From Sphaerodactylus townsendi (Eukaryota): DNA of 64,000 nucleotides. Numbering within the stretch: position 1 is the first letter of the stretch; the number at the start of each line of letters is the position of its first letter. The stretch lies in assembly GCF_021028975.2 (NCBI RefSeq), contig NC_059429.1, forward strand, positions 61,442,001-61,506,000. The letters run 5' to 3'. The notes below the pieces were generated by a model. That model was not told the DNA's origin, searched no databases, and was given only the letters and a program-made list of their open reading frames with translations. Positions 51,531 through 63,833 of this stretch are shown in pieces. A program made the position numbers and the translations under genes.

Positions 51531-51625
51531 AGTTTGGTGGAGACTGGATCAGGGGGTCCAATTTTATGGGGCACCCTCTTCTGGAGCCCATAAAATTGGA
51601 CCCCTGAGTCAATCTTCACCAAACT
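51531..51625. repeat. Inverted repeat (about 40-bp arms, 16-nt loop)
   Basis: agtttggtgg...ggggtccaattttatggg / cccataaaattggacccc...caccaaact; inner 18 bp perfect. Confidence 0.9.
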
Positions 51626-51739
51626 CAGAGGTTCTTGTAAGGATCATCACCTGCAGCTGTCCCACAAATATTTCTGATAGGTTTTACTAGATGCAAACAT
51701 TTTCAGATACTTTGAAAAAAAAAACATTAAAAAATTCCA

Positions 51740-52370
51740 CCATACTTTTTCCAGCTCTGCAATGGCCAGAACTGGCCACAGTACTCCAAACGTGGACACA
51801 CCAAAAATTCTTATATGGATATTTAAAATACTGGTTGTTCTATTTTCAGTCTCTTTCCTAATAATCCCAAGCATATTCACCTTTTTCTCCGCTGCAGTAC
51901 AATAGGCTGGCATTTTCATTGAGCTATCCACTATGACCCTAAGACCTCTTTCTCTCTTACTATCAGCAACCTCAGACTCTATTAAAATGCAATTAGAGTT
52001 GGAATTTTTTGTGCTAATGTTCATTCCCTTACATTTACCTACTCTAAATTTCATTTGCCACACTGTTGACTGTTCATTCAATTTGTTGAGATCTTCCAGG
52101 AGATCCTCACTGTCATTTTCAGTTTTCACCATGCTGAATAATTTGGTGTCATCTGCAAAGCTAACCACTATACTGCTTACTCCCACTTACAGATCATTAA
52201 TGAACAAATTAAATAGCACTGGCCTCAATACTTGTGGGACCCACCCCCCCGCACCCACTGCTGTCCTTAGTTGCCTTCACTGAGAGAGGTGCCCATTTAT
52301 TCCTACTATCTGCTTCCTTTCTTTTAGCCAATTTATAATTCATAAAAGGACCTGATCTGATATCCCATGA
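51740..52370 (-). mobile_element. Old CR1 LINE RT fragment
   Basis: Minus-strand VVSFADDTKLFSMVKT...WQMKFRVGKCK...NMLGIIRK, homologous to 1040-1400. Confidence 0.9.
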
Positions 52371-54175
52371 ATACTAAAATAAGATTCTTCAAAAATGTTT
52401 ACAGGCTGACACAGAACACTTTTAAACTACATTACTTATCACATCAAACATGCATGTAAACTTTCTGTATCTAGTGAGTGAAGCAGTGAAACTAGGTTCA
52501 GCAAGTGTGTTGTTAGGAAAGTCATTCACTGATTTCTACTAAAATCTCCTTTTGAAGATTGATTTTTCCTAATAGTATAAAAAAGATAGGGTAAGGAACA
52601 GTAATTATACTATTCTGTAGTTAAGGCCAATCTACATACAACACTTCTTCTCAAAAGTCCCCCCCATCTCCCCGCCCCCCCCCCTGAAAAACATGTTTTT
52701 AAGACTATGATTTGGGCAAAAGACTGGCAGCTGGAGATCAAGTACTTAAACTTTTCTTTCAGATGGTTTTCTTTCTCAAAATTACCACATTTTTCTGACC
52801 AGGAAAAAGAGATAGAAAACCACATTCCCCCACCCACTCCGGGTGAGAAGCACATGGAAGGGGATCTCCTCACATCACAGCATTCTGCCACAACTGTAGT
52901 CTCCCACAGTTGCTTCTCGTTATTGCAAAAAAAAATAAATGCTGGAGCAAAGTTACCCAGAACTGTACAATACAGGTAGCGTTACACTTCATGTTGGATC
53001 AGAAATGTCGATAATTTTATACTATGGGAGATAAAACAAGGAAGACAAAGTAGGGAAAACACATCTGGAATCAAATGTACCACAAGCAGAACATAGGAAC
53101 TAAAACTGCACACTAGCAGATGACTCCAGATGATAAAATCAGTGAGACAAGTCAAATTCCCATCATATACCCAAGAGTCATCTCCTATTTACAGGGTCTG
53201 GGATACCCAGTTTCTAGTAAAATAATACAACTATCCTTTCACTTATATCTCCATTGAAAATAGGTCACCCCTCCTTTGGTAGACAGGTTCTGAAGGGCAT
53301 ATGGTCTTGAGCGAAGAAGCAAGGTCTGGTTAAATTAAGCAGAAATCTGCAGTGACAGAAGGGGTTACAGTCACCTGTTCCCCCTCCAACTATATTCTTC
53401 TGACTTCCCTGGCCTGTTTTTCAAGAACATTTTTTGAGGCTGAGCTGGGAAAATGAAAGTCCATTATTCACCAGGGAAATTTCTGCATCTGCTGGGATGG
53501 TTGCATTCTGTAAACTGGAGATTTCCGTGGTATGGGATTCAAGCTGTTGGCTTCATTCCTCATCTGCAATGAGGGCCAAGGGTTGGTATAAACGAACTAG
53601 CAATAAAGCCCATTGCAGGGTAAATGCAATGGGTACTAGAAAACTGGGGGTGTAGATCTCCTGGGATGTTGCCCCTTTCTGTGTTTCCCAAGTCCTGTGC
53701 TGCTTGGGAAGCAGGGAGGGAAGCAGAGAAAGCCTGATCCTCCATGTGAAGGATTGGGCCTTCTCTGCCCCCTCCCAGCTTCCTGCTGGGTCCAGCTCAT
53801 TCTTTTGGGGGTGGGTGTAGGCGACTGGGTGGGCTGGTGTCTTGTCAGGTGAGAGCGTGCTTTGCTGCCGCTGCCCTGCAAGGCTATGCTTCTTCTTTGG
53901 GGGGTGGAGAGGAAAAGCTGGTGGGGGACTGGAATGCTGGGTTCTGATGGAACATGTGGTGATTAGCTGCCAGTGAGTTGTCACCATTTTTAGGCAATTA
54001 TGTCTAAGGATATATCAAAGATGTCAGAGTGCAACATATGTATATTTTGTGACAACATTTCTTTAACTTGCTGCATGAATGTAGACCTCAATCTATAGTT
54101 TGGGGCCAACTGTTTGGGGCCAGCTTGTCCCTGCAGCTCTGCAATATGACAGAAGCTGAAAGGGGGTAAGAAGGG

Positions 54176-54326
54176 ACCTACAGCGGCAGGCCCCGTGTGA
54201 AGGCGGCCCCACAAGTGGCTGACGCTCTTCAGTCGCTTGCACTGGAGAGTGCAAGCGGCCCTGGGGCTCCACCGGCGTCATAAATGCCAGTGGGCAGCCG
54301 CTCCCGGGGCCCGTGCAGAAACTGCC
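54176..54326. mobile_element. PIF/Harbinger-type MITE right-end fragment
   Basis: Ends cccgtgcagaaactgcc; CpG-rich. Confidence 0.55.
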
Positions 54327-54428
54327 AGGGTGTTTGTTGAGAGAGAGAAAGGGAAAGGAGATTGTAAGCCCCTTTGAGTCTCCTTACAGGAAAGAAAGGG
54401 GGGATTTAAATCCAAACTCTTCTCTTCT
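54326..54428 (+). mobile_element. Squam3-type SINE 3' fragment, opposite orientation to the copies flanking exon 6
   Basis: cagggtgtttgttg...ggagattgtaagcccctttgagtctcc...aaatccaaactcttct is the reverse complement of about 9315-9415. Confidence 0.88.
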
Positions 54429-55429
54429 ATTTGGGGGAGTTTTAATCCACTAATTTTTTGTATAGATTTCTACAAACTAGGGAGTTCCTAGGGAACTGTG
54501 TGGAGGATCTGTCCCTGGCTCCATTTTGCTAAACCACATTCTACAGCCCAGTTTAAAATTAGACATACAATAACTGATGATAAGATGATATTGGATGGGG
54601 TGACACATGTGTTATAGGTGATTTGCTTCTATACAGTATAGCCTGACCTACAAGCCTAGGTGAGCAGATGTGTAATCACCCAGTTTCTGGAAGGCCAGTT
54701 CATTAATAAAAGATGATGATATGACAAATGTGACCTTTAAATTTCAGAAAGAAGAACCACCCCTCCAGTCAAGGGTCTGACCTTTAAAAATAATCTTCCT
54801 CTTCCTCATTGGTTTCCCTTTCTTGCACCCTACTTTTCTCTCAGTGACCTATACAGTTGGGCACAGATTCTTAATGTTGAACTGCTTCATATCCATTTCA
54901 TTCTCACTTACTTTATATTGTTTATTTCACGACTATTCTCTCTTTAGGCCTCTTTTTATTGGCTTCTCTTTCCCAATGTGATGCAATGGCTGCAGTTTCA
55001 GACTAGGATCTGACAGCCTGATTCAAAGTAATGAAATTCAATGGATGATCTTGGGTCAGTCCGTGTCTTCTAGCCTAATCTGCTTCACATGGTTATTGTG
55101 AGGGTTAAATGAGAAAGAAAAGAATCTGAACCTGGTATGATACCCTAAACTGTTTGTAGAAAAGGTGAGCAAGATACAGATTTCCCACACTTCCTTCTTC
55201 TCACTACCCAGTCCCCCATTTATCTCAGCTATTCTTGTATACTTTCTCTGATACGAAATGCGGAATTCTGTAGTTAAGAATATATGCAATCATGTCATTT
55301 AGTTTCAATAATACTCACAGTGACCTTCTTTGGTCAAGAGGATAGTCTCTACACCCTTTTGCACAACCACAAAAATACTCAAGGCTACAATTTGTTTTCC
55401 ATATTTCATATCTATGCGAGCTTCTAGAT

Positions 55430-55565
55430 CAGTGGTGGCGAACCTTTGGCACTGAAGATGTTATTGACTACAATCCCATCAGCCCCTGCCAGCATGGCCA
55501 ATTGGCAGGGGCTGATGGGAACTGTAGTCCATAACATCTGGAGTGCCAAAGGTTCGCCACCACTG
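55430..55565. mobile_element. Palindromic hAT (Charlie/MER1-like) MITE, related to 5954-6113
   Basis: TIRs cagtggtggcgaacctttggcact / agtgccaaaggttcgccaccactg; perfect TSD ttctagat (55422-55429, 55566-55573); shares the core cccatcagcccct..cagcatggccaattgg. Confidence 0.93.
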
Positions 55566-55624
55566 TTCTAGATCACCACTTAATCAAAATTAAATATTTG
55601 AAAGTCCAGGCATATTACTAATTA

Positions 55625-56380
55625 CTAACCTGGTCTCATCTTTGCTTTAATACTGAGGTCAAAAGCCTCCCCCATTTAGCCCTCTCTGAACGGCAATCCT
55701 CCGAATGGTGGAAATGTATAGAGGCCAATATAACCTCTTTAGTTCTCTCCTTAAAAACCTTTTTTATGCAATCTGCAAATGAAATTTGGCTATCCCTAAA
55801 AAGAAGGCTACTGGACCAGGAATACCAGTTGCTGTTGAGTGCAGCCAGGACATTTTGCTCTCCCTTGCACTTTGGAATCTATCCTGAAATTAGCCTCACT
55901 GCTAAATATCTATCCCAACTGTCAGAAACTAGGCAGAGATGGATCATTACTCGAGCTAGATGTAACGCATTCCCCTCTGCGGTTCTTAAGGACCAACAGT
56001 TGAATATTCCACTTCAAGATAGAACATGTGCATATTGTCAGGATACTGTTGAGACCCTCAAGCATATTATGTTTTCTTGCCCGAGGTATGTGTTACCTAG
56101 ACTCTCCCTACTTGACCCGGCTCTGGGGAATAAAAAAAGTTGTTTGGAGCATACAAAGACTATTCACCTGCTGAATAATAGCAATGGCGGAATAACTGGA
56201 AAAACCGCTGAATTTTTATTAGAAGTGCTCAAGTCAAAGACATAATGGAAGCTTGACCACCTCTTCTGAACCAACCTTACGTGCTTTGTCCAGTTTTATG
56301 TCCTGTTTTAACACCCGCTCTGTCCTGTATTTTGTTTTATTTTTACTGATATGTCTAATAAAGGTCAGTTGAAGTTGAAG
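55625..56380 (+). mobile_element. 5'-truncated non-LTR retrotransposon (RTE-X-like) with C-terminal CCHC motif
   Basis: Frame open to the stop at 56245: ...ITRARCNAFPSAVL...CAYCQDTVETLKHIMFSCPRY; then AATAAA and (gttgaa)n tail; 9-bp TSD tactaatta (55616-55624, 56381-56389). Confidence 0.88.
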
Positions 56381-57167
56381 TACTAATTAACCATATTAAC
56401 ATTCCATGGATTTGGTGAAATATCAAGGCTAAAATTAGCAATGATGGGGGAGATTCCTCCTTCAAATTGTACCATTGCCACAAACACTTTACATTGCCTT
56501 ATGTAAGCCATTCCCTCTAAAACAGTCAACTGCAATATGCAGATAGTGGCCTATCTTACAGGGTGGCTGAGAGAACTTAAAGTGTTATATAAATGCTAAG
56601 GTTCAGTATTCAATGGGAGGGTCTGAAGGCACATACAAAACAGCACTAAAATAAATTGCAGTCAACTGAAATTAATGAACTGAAGCTAGACTGCTGGATT
56701 TTTTCCCCCAAACATTCTTTTGACTCATGAAGTTAAAGTATGCCCAATCCCATGAAAATAAATAATTAAAAACATGAATGAATGAATTATTAAGCTATAT
56801 TAACAAGCACAGTACAATTTACAAGAACGATGCACAAACTAGTTTTGTAAGTTGCTGAATGTCATTGTTTGAAACTTTATACTGCTAGGAAAAACAAGGT
56901 GCCTTTCATTTTCTAAGGAATAGCTAAGACGCTTGCAATTTAAAGCACAAATAATGTGTTCTAATATATTTTTTAAATGTTTGATTTGTACACTGAAGAC
57001 TTTTTTTTAAAAAGGTAAATATTTGTTGTTTTTAATGTGAAATTAATTCAGCAAAAACTGTAGAACAGATGCACTAATAAATATTGTCCTGTTTGCATTT
57101 ACATCTAAATGTAAGACATTTTGTAGGGTAAAAAAACTCTTGCAAATTTACAATTAAAACTCTTATA

Positions 57168-57692
57168 GGCCGTTTCCAAATGGCAAAATTATTCCTGAGC
57201 ACCACTGGTTTTTTTAACCTGGGTCTATTTTATCCCGGGGTGTGCGTCCGCATGGCTGCCCGTTTTTTGAAGGAATCCGTTGAAATCCAGGAGGAAATAC
57301 TTTAATTTCTTTCACATGAGCCTGGGACTTCTGTATTTGCTTTGGAAGCATATCTGAGCATGCCTGGTGTCCCGTGTTCTTAATGGCTGTTGTTTTTGAG
57401 TGGCAGCTTCAATGAATGTCAGACGGGGAGATCAGACGGCTGGGCAGGAAAAATAAACCGGTCCTGCTCCCGATTGGTTTTCACACGGTAGCAGGCACAA
57501 GCAGGATCACACAGGGATTTTTTTAAAAGAACCTCCAAACTGGTGATTTTTGAAAATCCTGGGGTAAGAGAAATATCACAGGGCAACATCGGGCCAGGCC
57601 TGCTTTAGCACAAGGAACCATGCGGAATGCTCAGCTGCACAGGGATATTTTTCTTGCTTAACCCAGGATATTTTGACTGTGCAGAAACGGCC
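57168..57692. mobile_element. PIF/Harbinger-type MITE
   Basis: TIRs ggccgtttcc / cagaaacggcc with 3-bp TSD ata on both sides. Confidence 0.8.
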
Positions 57693-59103
57693 ATAGTATC
57701 AACTTTTGGCTGTGAAACTGCAAAAAAATATATGGCTGATCAGAGATGCTGCTGGACTTGCATTCTTACACATATTACTTCACTATCCCAGTGCCAGTCT
57801 TTTCAATTGTCTATAAATTACTGTATTGTGAGGTTATCACATTGTTCTGCGATGTCCTGATAGACTTTGCAAAGTGCAACCGTGCAAGTACATGACAGGA
57901 AATTACGTGACATCAAAGTAAAGAGATAAGAAGAGGAGGCCCAGAATTAGGTCCTTACTGGTGACAAGGCCAGGAACATGCACCATAGAATAAGAACACT
58001 AGGACCAAGAAATCAAGCCAAGCTCCAGGAAGTGTACATAGAAAGTAGCAAACCAGGGATCAGAGCCATGGAAGAATTATTTTCACAAATGAGTGCCCTA
58101 ACCTCACTGTATGCATACAAAGACAGGCAAGAGACATAGTGGCCTTTGTCTGTACATAATAAGTCCTTCCAGAAGGAACTGAAAGAAAAGAGGCAGAACT
58201 ATATGAACGGCAATCTTCCTGAAGGTCCCTATGCAAATGCTGGCCACTAATCAGACTCTGATAATACAAACACATAAGTACATGGGCAGCCCAATCCAGA
58301 TGGAGGACAATCAGTGTGTTTGATCCTTCTGCCAGTGCAAGGGGCACTTGTGCCAGCAGAGGAGGCAGAGGTGCTGGTGGAGGGGGCAGAGGTGCTGGCG
58401 CCTGGCTGCCCTTCAGTCCCACTGTGGCAAAAGCCGGAAGTCTCACCTGTGGCAGGGCTGTGCTGGCTTCTTGAACAGAAGCATCCAAGGGTGGGGGCAG
58501 GCTGGGGAATTCCTGGGGGTGAAGCTGATATTTGTTGGCCTTCACCCCAGGTTTGAAACAGTTGTATTGCAGCCCCAGTCCTGGACTTACAACACTCTTT
58601 TGGGTGGCATAAGTCAACAGGCCTGATGGAGGACTTTCTGGCAGCAGGGAGGGTTTTTGCTTTTTTCTCCTTCACCATACCTTTAAAAAGTCCATTGGAG
58701 GCAGCCTTCACAGAGCCACCTCCAGCCACTGCAGCACAGTCCAGGAATATGGATTCAGCTGTTAAAGTATGTAAATATGTCCAGTACTATTAAGGAAGAG
58801 ATAGGCAACAGCCACCTGCTAAAGCATTTTGCTTGGCATGCAGGCCAGTTTCCCACACAAACAATCAAATAAAACTCTTAGATTATAATAATCATCTCCC
58901 AGACCACTGTATTCCCCTTTGCTGGAGCTCAGGGATTGGGGGGCAGTTGTTCCAATGGACAAGATTCTAAGACACAGTCTTCATTCTCCACCTCTGATGC
59001 CTATTTCATTTCTAAAGTCATGAGGATAATGATCATATATCCCCCCCTCTCATTCACACTACACACTACATATATACATACAGAGACACATTATACGCTA
59101 CAC

Positions 59104-59233
59104 CAGTGGCGTAGCACCAATGGGACAGGGGGGGCACAACGCCCCGGGTAGAGCGGCAGCCGGGGCATGGTGAGGCTGTTCCGGGGCGGGTGCTGCCGCG
59201 GCAGGGGCACAGTTTCTCCTTGCTCTGCCTCTG
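59104..59233. mobile_element. Short hAT-like MITE (130 bp), related in its ends to 3049-4613
   Basis: TIRs cagtggcgtagc / gctctgcctctg; flanks cgctacac / cactacac (7/8 TSD). Confidence 0.8.
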
Positions 59234-59325
59234 CACTACACACACACACACCTCTCTCTCTCTCTCCCTCACACACACAGACATACACAAAACAAACTTG
59301 AAAACACAGGTAGGTACAAACTTAC

Positions 59326-59391
59326 CATTTTCTGGCTGGTCCTTAATATCAGCATCACTTGGCTGGCTTGGACTTTCTGACTGACTTGAAT
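59326..59391 (-). CDS. NFIA: NFIA coding exon 3 (66 nt, phase 1-1)
   Basis: Minus strand atttttcag|ATTCAAGTCAG...CCAGAAAATG|gtaag; translates (D)[21 protein letters not shown](G). Confidence 0.96.
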
Positions 59392-59829
59392 CTGAAAAAT
59401 ATAAAAGATGGCCAAAAATGACAGGATTTCACTATGGAAAGGTGGCAGATGTTCTTCAGAGGCTGCATATTCAAATGAAATGTCAAAAGCAGGTTTTGAT
59501 GGGCATCAAATGAACATAATTCCAACTAGAGATATCTAAACTAGCCCTTTAGATTGTGGAGTCTGTAACTATGCAAATACATGCCAAATAACTAAGGAAC
59601 ATGCTTCAAAGTTTGCTGCAATCTCTAAAAATTTAGAATTGATTTACACATGCATCAGAATAAGGTAAAAATAATGTCAGAATACTGTGGTGGGAGAACG
59701 ACCTGTGAGTGGAGGAACACCTTTTGGAATGCTCCTCTTACAGTGGCCTACAAAGAGAACATCATCACATTAAATAGAAAACTAGCCCAGCAATTGTGGA
59801 GAAACCTTTTCTCCCTCCATTCTATTTGC

Positions 59830-59855
59830 GGGGGGGGGGGGGGGGGGGGGGGGGG
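59830..59855 (+). repeat. Poly-G homopolymer (26 nt)
   Basis: Direct read. Confidence 0.95.
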
Positions 59856-60921
59856 ATGTGAAAGAATATTGAAAGTTTGAATTCACTTGCTGCAGCCTGA
59901 AATGGTGCAGCCCATTCAACCACCTCAGCAATTTTACTACCTTCTACTCTCGTCTTTCCCCAGAGTCCCTGTGAACACAATATGTTTGTTGAAATCACCA
60001 AGTACTTTGGCACAGTTAGCACCACTGCTAATGTTTTGGGGCTACGAAAGATTATATTTTACAGCAAATTTTATTTCTAATGTTGTCTTATACAAGCATG
60101 TTAGTAATGTCTTTCTTCAATTAAATGTAATTATTAATTAAATAAATGATTATATATATTTTAATTCACCAGAAGTTGTTAAGCTGTAGCAAAAACAATC
60201 TGCAGTTTGGCCATACTTCCAACAGAAGAACAGTCAGTGCAAGCTCATACACCTGTGGTAAAACTGAATGTTTTACTTCTGCATCAGCAAGAATGACAAC
60301 ACCACCCTTGAGATACTGAAAAACACTGCTGGAGATTTTGAAATGAAGAATGATAATTTATTATGTTTTTTTAAAAAAAACCTTGTTGCTTTTAAGCACT
60401 ATGAAGAACATTTTGAATATTCAGGATTTTTAAACCACTTTCACTATGGATACATTTGTAAAAGATTAAAGAACAATGATATAAATTAATAATTAATAAC
60501 TAATATAAGTGTACAGAAACATCTCAGATACTGCATCTAAACATAAAAATATCCAAGAATGAGTTTCAGTTTTAGAGCAATGTGGAATTGTGTGTCAAAC
60601 ACATTGAAACACAAATGAGGCAGAACATCTGAATATCAGATTTTCAGAACCCCATTGTTTAATTTAATTGGGGGAGAGGGAAGGAAACATGAATATTCCA
60701 AAAATTAAATTTTCATCCCCCACTATATAAAATTTTAATATTGTAGGAAAGCATGCTTATTTAATCACTGTAAGATGGAACTTACATATAAAATTGCCCA
60801 AACCTGGGCTATTGCCAGGTTTATATATTAACCATATTCCTTGCTCTTACCTCTCCTATCTCATGCTGAAAACTGTTAAACAGTAGCTTGTCCTGCCACA
60901 ATGTACAAATGTAGGTATGAT

Positions 60922-61087
60922 GTTTAACCTGATAGTATTACCACCCACCCCCACCTGTCAGTTACCAGGATTCTAAGGCCAGGTGAGACCCTGGTTTCAA
61001 ATCCTGGTTATTGTAGGAAAGGGTTTCATATGGCCTTAAAATGCTGGTAGCTGGGGGTGGGAGGTAAAATTAATTGATGGTTAACCT
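60922..61087. repeat. Diverged palindrome, probably an ancient MITE
   Basis: ttaccacccacccc..agttaccaggattctaaggcca..gagaccct / agggtttc..tggccttaaaatgctggtagctgggggtgggaggtaa. Confidence 0.7.
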
Positions 61088-63639
61088 GAGTGTCTATATT
61101 TATGTCTTAAGCAATCTGGGTTAGTAAGAGGGTGTATGGTGCACACAACCCCCCCCCCCAATGTGCCAGATTCATGTATATTTTTCCATAATCATATTTA
61201 AATGTGATGTTCTAATGCATGCTTCTTTGAGAACAACTTCCTCTGAATTTCAGTAAGACTGTCTTCAGATTCAAACCTATTTATAGTTGTACTGCATGCA
61301 GTGCTTACATTTTGGATGCTATTCTTTCAAGCATACTTCTGGGATGGGGTAAAATAATGTACATGTACAACATGAAAAAACCCCAGTCTACATATCTTTC
61401 TTTTCACCCTTCCAACATCCTTTGATTATTGCGTAATATAACTACAATAATATTGTAGGGGTAAAAAGGAAATGAATAAAAACTGCTACATTTCCTAAAG
61501 AATTGTTATGCAATACAATACAGAATGCTTTTTGTTAGTCTTAGTCCTCCATGAAATCTGAATATTGCAGTTTACACTTTGCCTTATTCATGAAAGTTTT
61601 ATACATTAAGTAAATCTAAAAATATAATTTAAAAATAACATATAATGTTGTTGTTTTCTGGAAGAATAAGTAGATGAGCTAAGATACTGCCCCACAAAAT
61701 TTCACTTGGGTTTAGATCCTATGATTAAATGAAAAATCTTGTTCTCATGGAAAGAGCTTTGATCCATCACATCATATCACATCACATGGCTTGCTCCATT
61801 TAAAATTTTTAGATTTAGCAGGAGGAAGTCCTAGGATCCAATGCTTGAAATTTGTATCCAAAAGTCTATGCTCAACTTGAGAAAATCATGGAGAAGGTAA
61901 ATCAAGCAAAGTGTTTCAACAGTGTAATTCAGGCGTGTCCAGCATGTCCAGCTATGTGGGACCAGTTGGGGCTCTGCCTAACAGAACTTTTCACTGGCCA
62001 CTTGAGATCTCATGGGATTTTAAGATTTTTAACAATCTTGCCTTGACAACAGCTGCCACTGCAACAGAAGGCTCTTCACCACATAAATGAATGTAAATTG
62101 TGTGTCAACAAGATATTTTTTAATCATATGCTCGTTTAGAAAGGTTTTCTGTCAAGCAGAGCTCCTGCCTGAAATGATGAATTATTGGAGTTTTGTGTGT
62201 GTGTGGGGGGGGGGGTGACCCTTCCCCAGCCTGATGGCGCTGAGTGAAGGGCCAGCCTCTTTCTTGGGTGATTTATGGCCCATTCCAGTTCCTGATATTC
62301 TCGGAGTAGGGGGGGGATATATGCTACTCTACCCAGACCTCGTGGTTGGACAGTTGGGGGACCAGCTGCAAGTGGCCAGCCTGGGTGAGCCAGCTTGGCT
62401 TGGACCTGGGCTCCCTGGTCCAGACCCAAGATCGCTCTCTGGCTCTCTTTCCCCTCCTTCCTCCATCTCTTCTTCTCTCCCCCTCTGGCTCACTCTTTGT
62501 TTTCCTATCTCATTTTCTTTCTCTCTCCTTGTTGCTCTCACTGCCCCCATCTTTCTCCTGAATCTCCTCCCACCTCCCAGTCCTGCCTTCCGAAGACCTT
62601 CCCCCACCTCCTGATCAGGCTGCAGACCATCATCTGCCCCCTCCCAGGTGCCAGTGGTTTCACCTCCCTTTTAGGCTCCGAAAGGATGGAGCTGGTCCCC
62701 TCCTCTCACAGCTGCGATGGAGCTGCCTGCCTAGCAGGCCAGCCTGGACCCAGGGCTTTGGTGTGGAGGCCCAGGACTCTTGCTGGCTATTGTACTCAGC
62801 CTGCTGCCTTCCCTGGCTCCCCAGGGCAAAGGTGGCGAAGGAGGTCATCCCTGGCCCATCATCCTTTTGTGTACCCACCCAACCAGTTTTGGTTAGTGGG
62901 GTGGGGTATCAGGGTGCCAAGTGGCTGTGGGTTCTAGTGAAGAAAAGGAGTCTGGTAAGGCAGCAACTGTCTTTTTTTCTCAAATTTTGTGGTTTATTTA
63001 TTTATTACTTAAACTTTTAAACCACCCCATCCCCGAAAGGTTCTGGGCGGTGTACAACACAAAAATATAAATACCTCCTGTGACAGGCATTTTGTGGTTG
63101 CACCACCACCCTGAATCAGAATTCCAGAGCTGACTGCAGGCTCAAAAATGTTGGAGATCCTTGACATAATTGTTTTTAAAGTTGTGCTCAGACGCCAAAG
63201 ATAATTTGACACATACCAGTACTTCAATGCTGAAGTATAAAGAAGAAACCTAAAATGCAAACTTTCTACAATTCAGATCAGTTGGGGTTTTTTTGGGGGG
63301 GGGGGTGATGGTGGTCACAAGGTAAGGTCCTATTCTATGGGAAGATGTATGTAACTTCTATTATTTTGCATTTCTAAAAACCACAAAACTTCAGCTGTCG
63401 TTACTATGGTGTTGCAATATAATTTCCCAATATTTAAGTTATGAAAATTAAAGATTATTGCAATAAACTTTTGAATTAATATTGCATCCAGGGTCACCAT
63501 TCATTTACATTTAATTTCTCCACTCCTCCCTCTAGACACATACATATACACAGAGATGCATGCAGAAGGAGGAACAACATGTCACCTCATCATCTTGCAC
63601 ACTTTTTGACTATTTTTTCAGTAACTTTTTGTTGTTTTT

Positions 63640-63833
63640 GCTATCAGGTCATATCTGACTTATGATTACCCTGTAGGGCTTTCAACACAAGAGGCATTTT
63701 GCAATGGTTTGTCACTGCCTGCCTCCACATCATGACCCTGGTATTCCTTGGAGGTCTGCCATCCAAATACTTTCCAGGGTTCACTCTGCTTAATTTCTGA
63801 GATCTGATGAGATAGCTTGGGCTATCCAGATCA
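63640..63833 (-). mobile_element. 5S rRNA-derived SINE (5S-Sauria type)
   Basis: Minus strand ATCTCATCAGATCTCAGAAATTAAGCAGAGTGAACCCTGGAAAGTATTTGGATGGCAGACCTCCAAGGAATACCAGGGT aligns with the vertebrate 5S rRNA internal region (A and C boxes); followed by an RTE-type tail. Confidence 0.85.

Noticed and set aside
62136-63020. Overlapping 97-180 aa ORFs
   Set aside because: CT-rich/GC-rich low-complexity repeat interior, with no recognisable domain or exon signals.
63737-63812. 5S rRNA gene
   Set aside because: Partial and diverged, and fused to an RTE-type tail; it is a 5S-derived SINE head.
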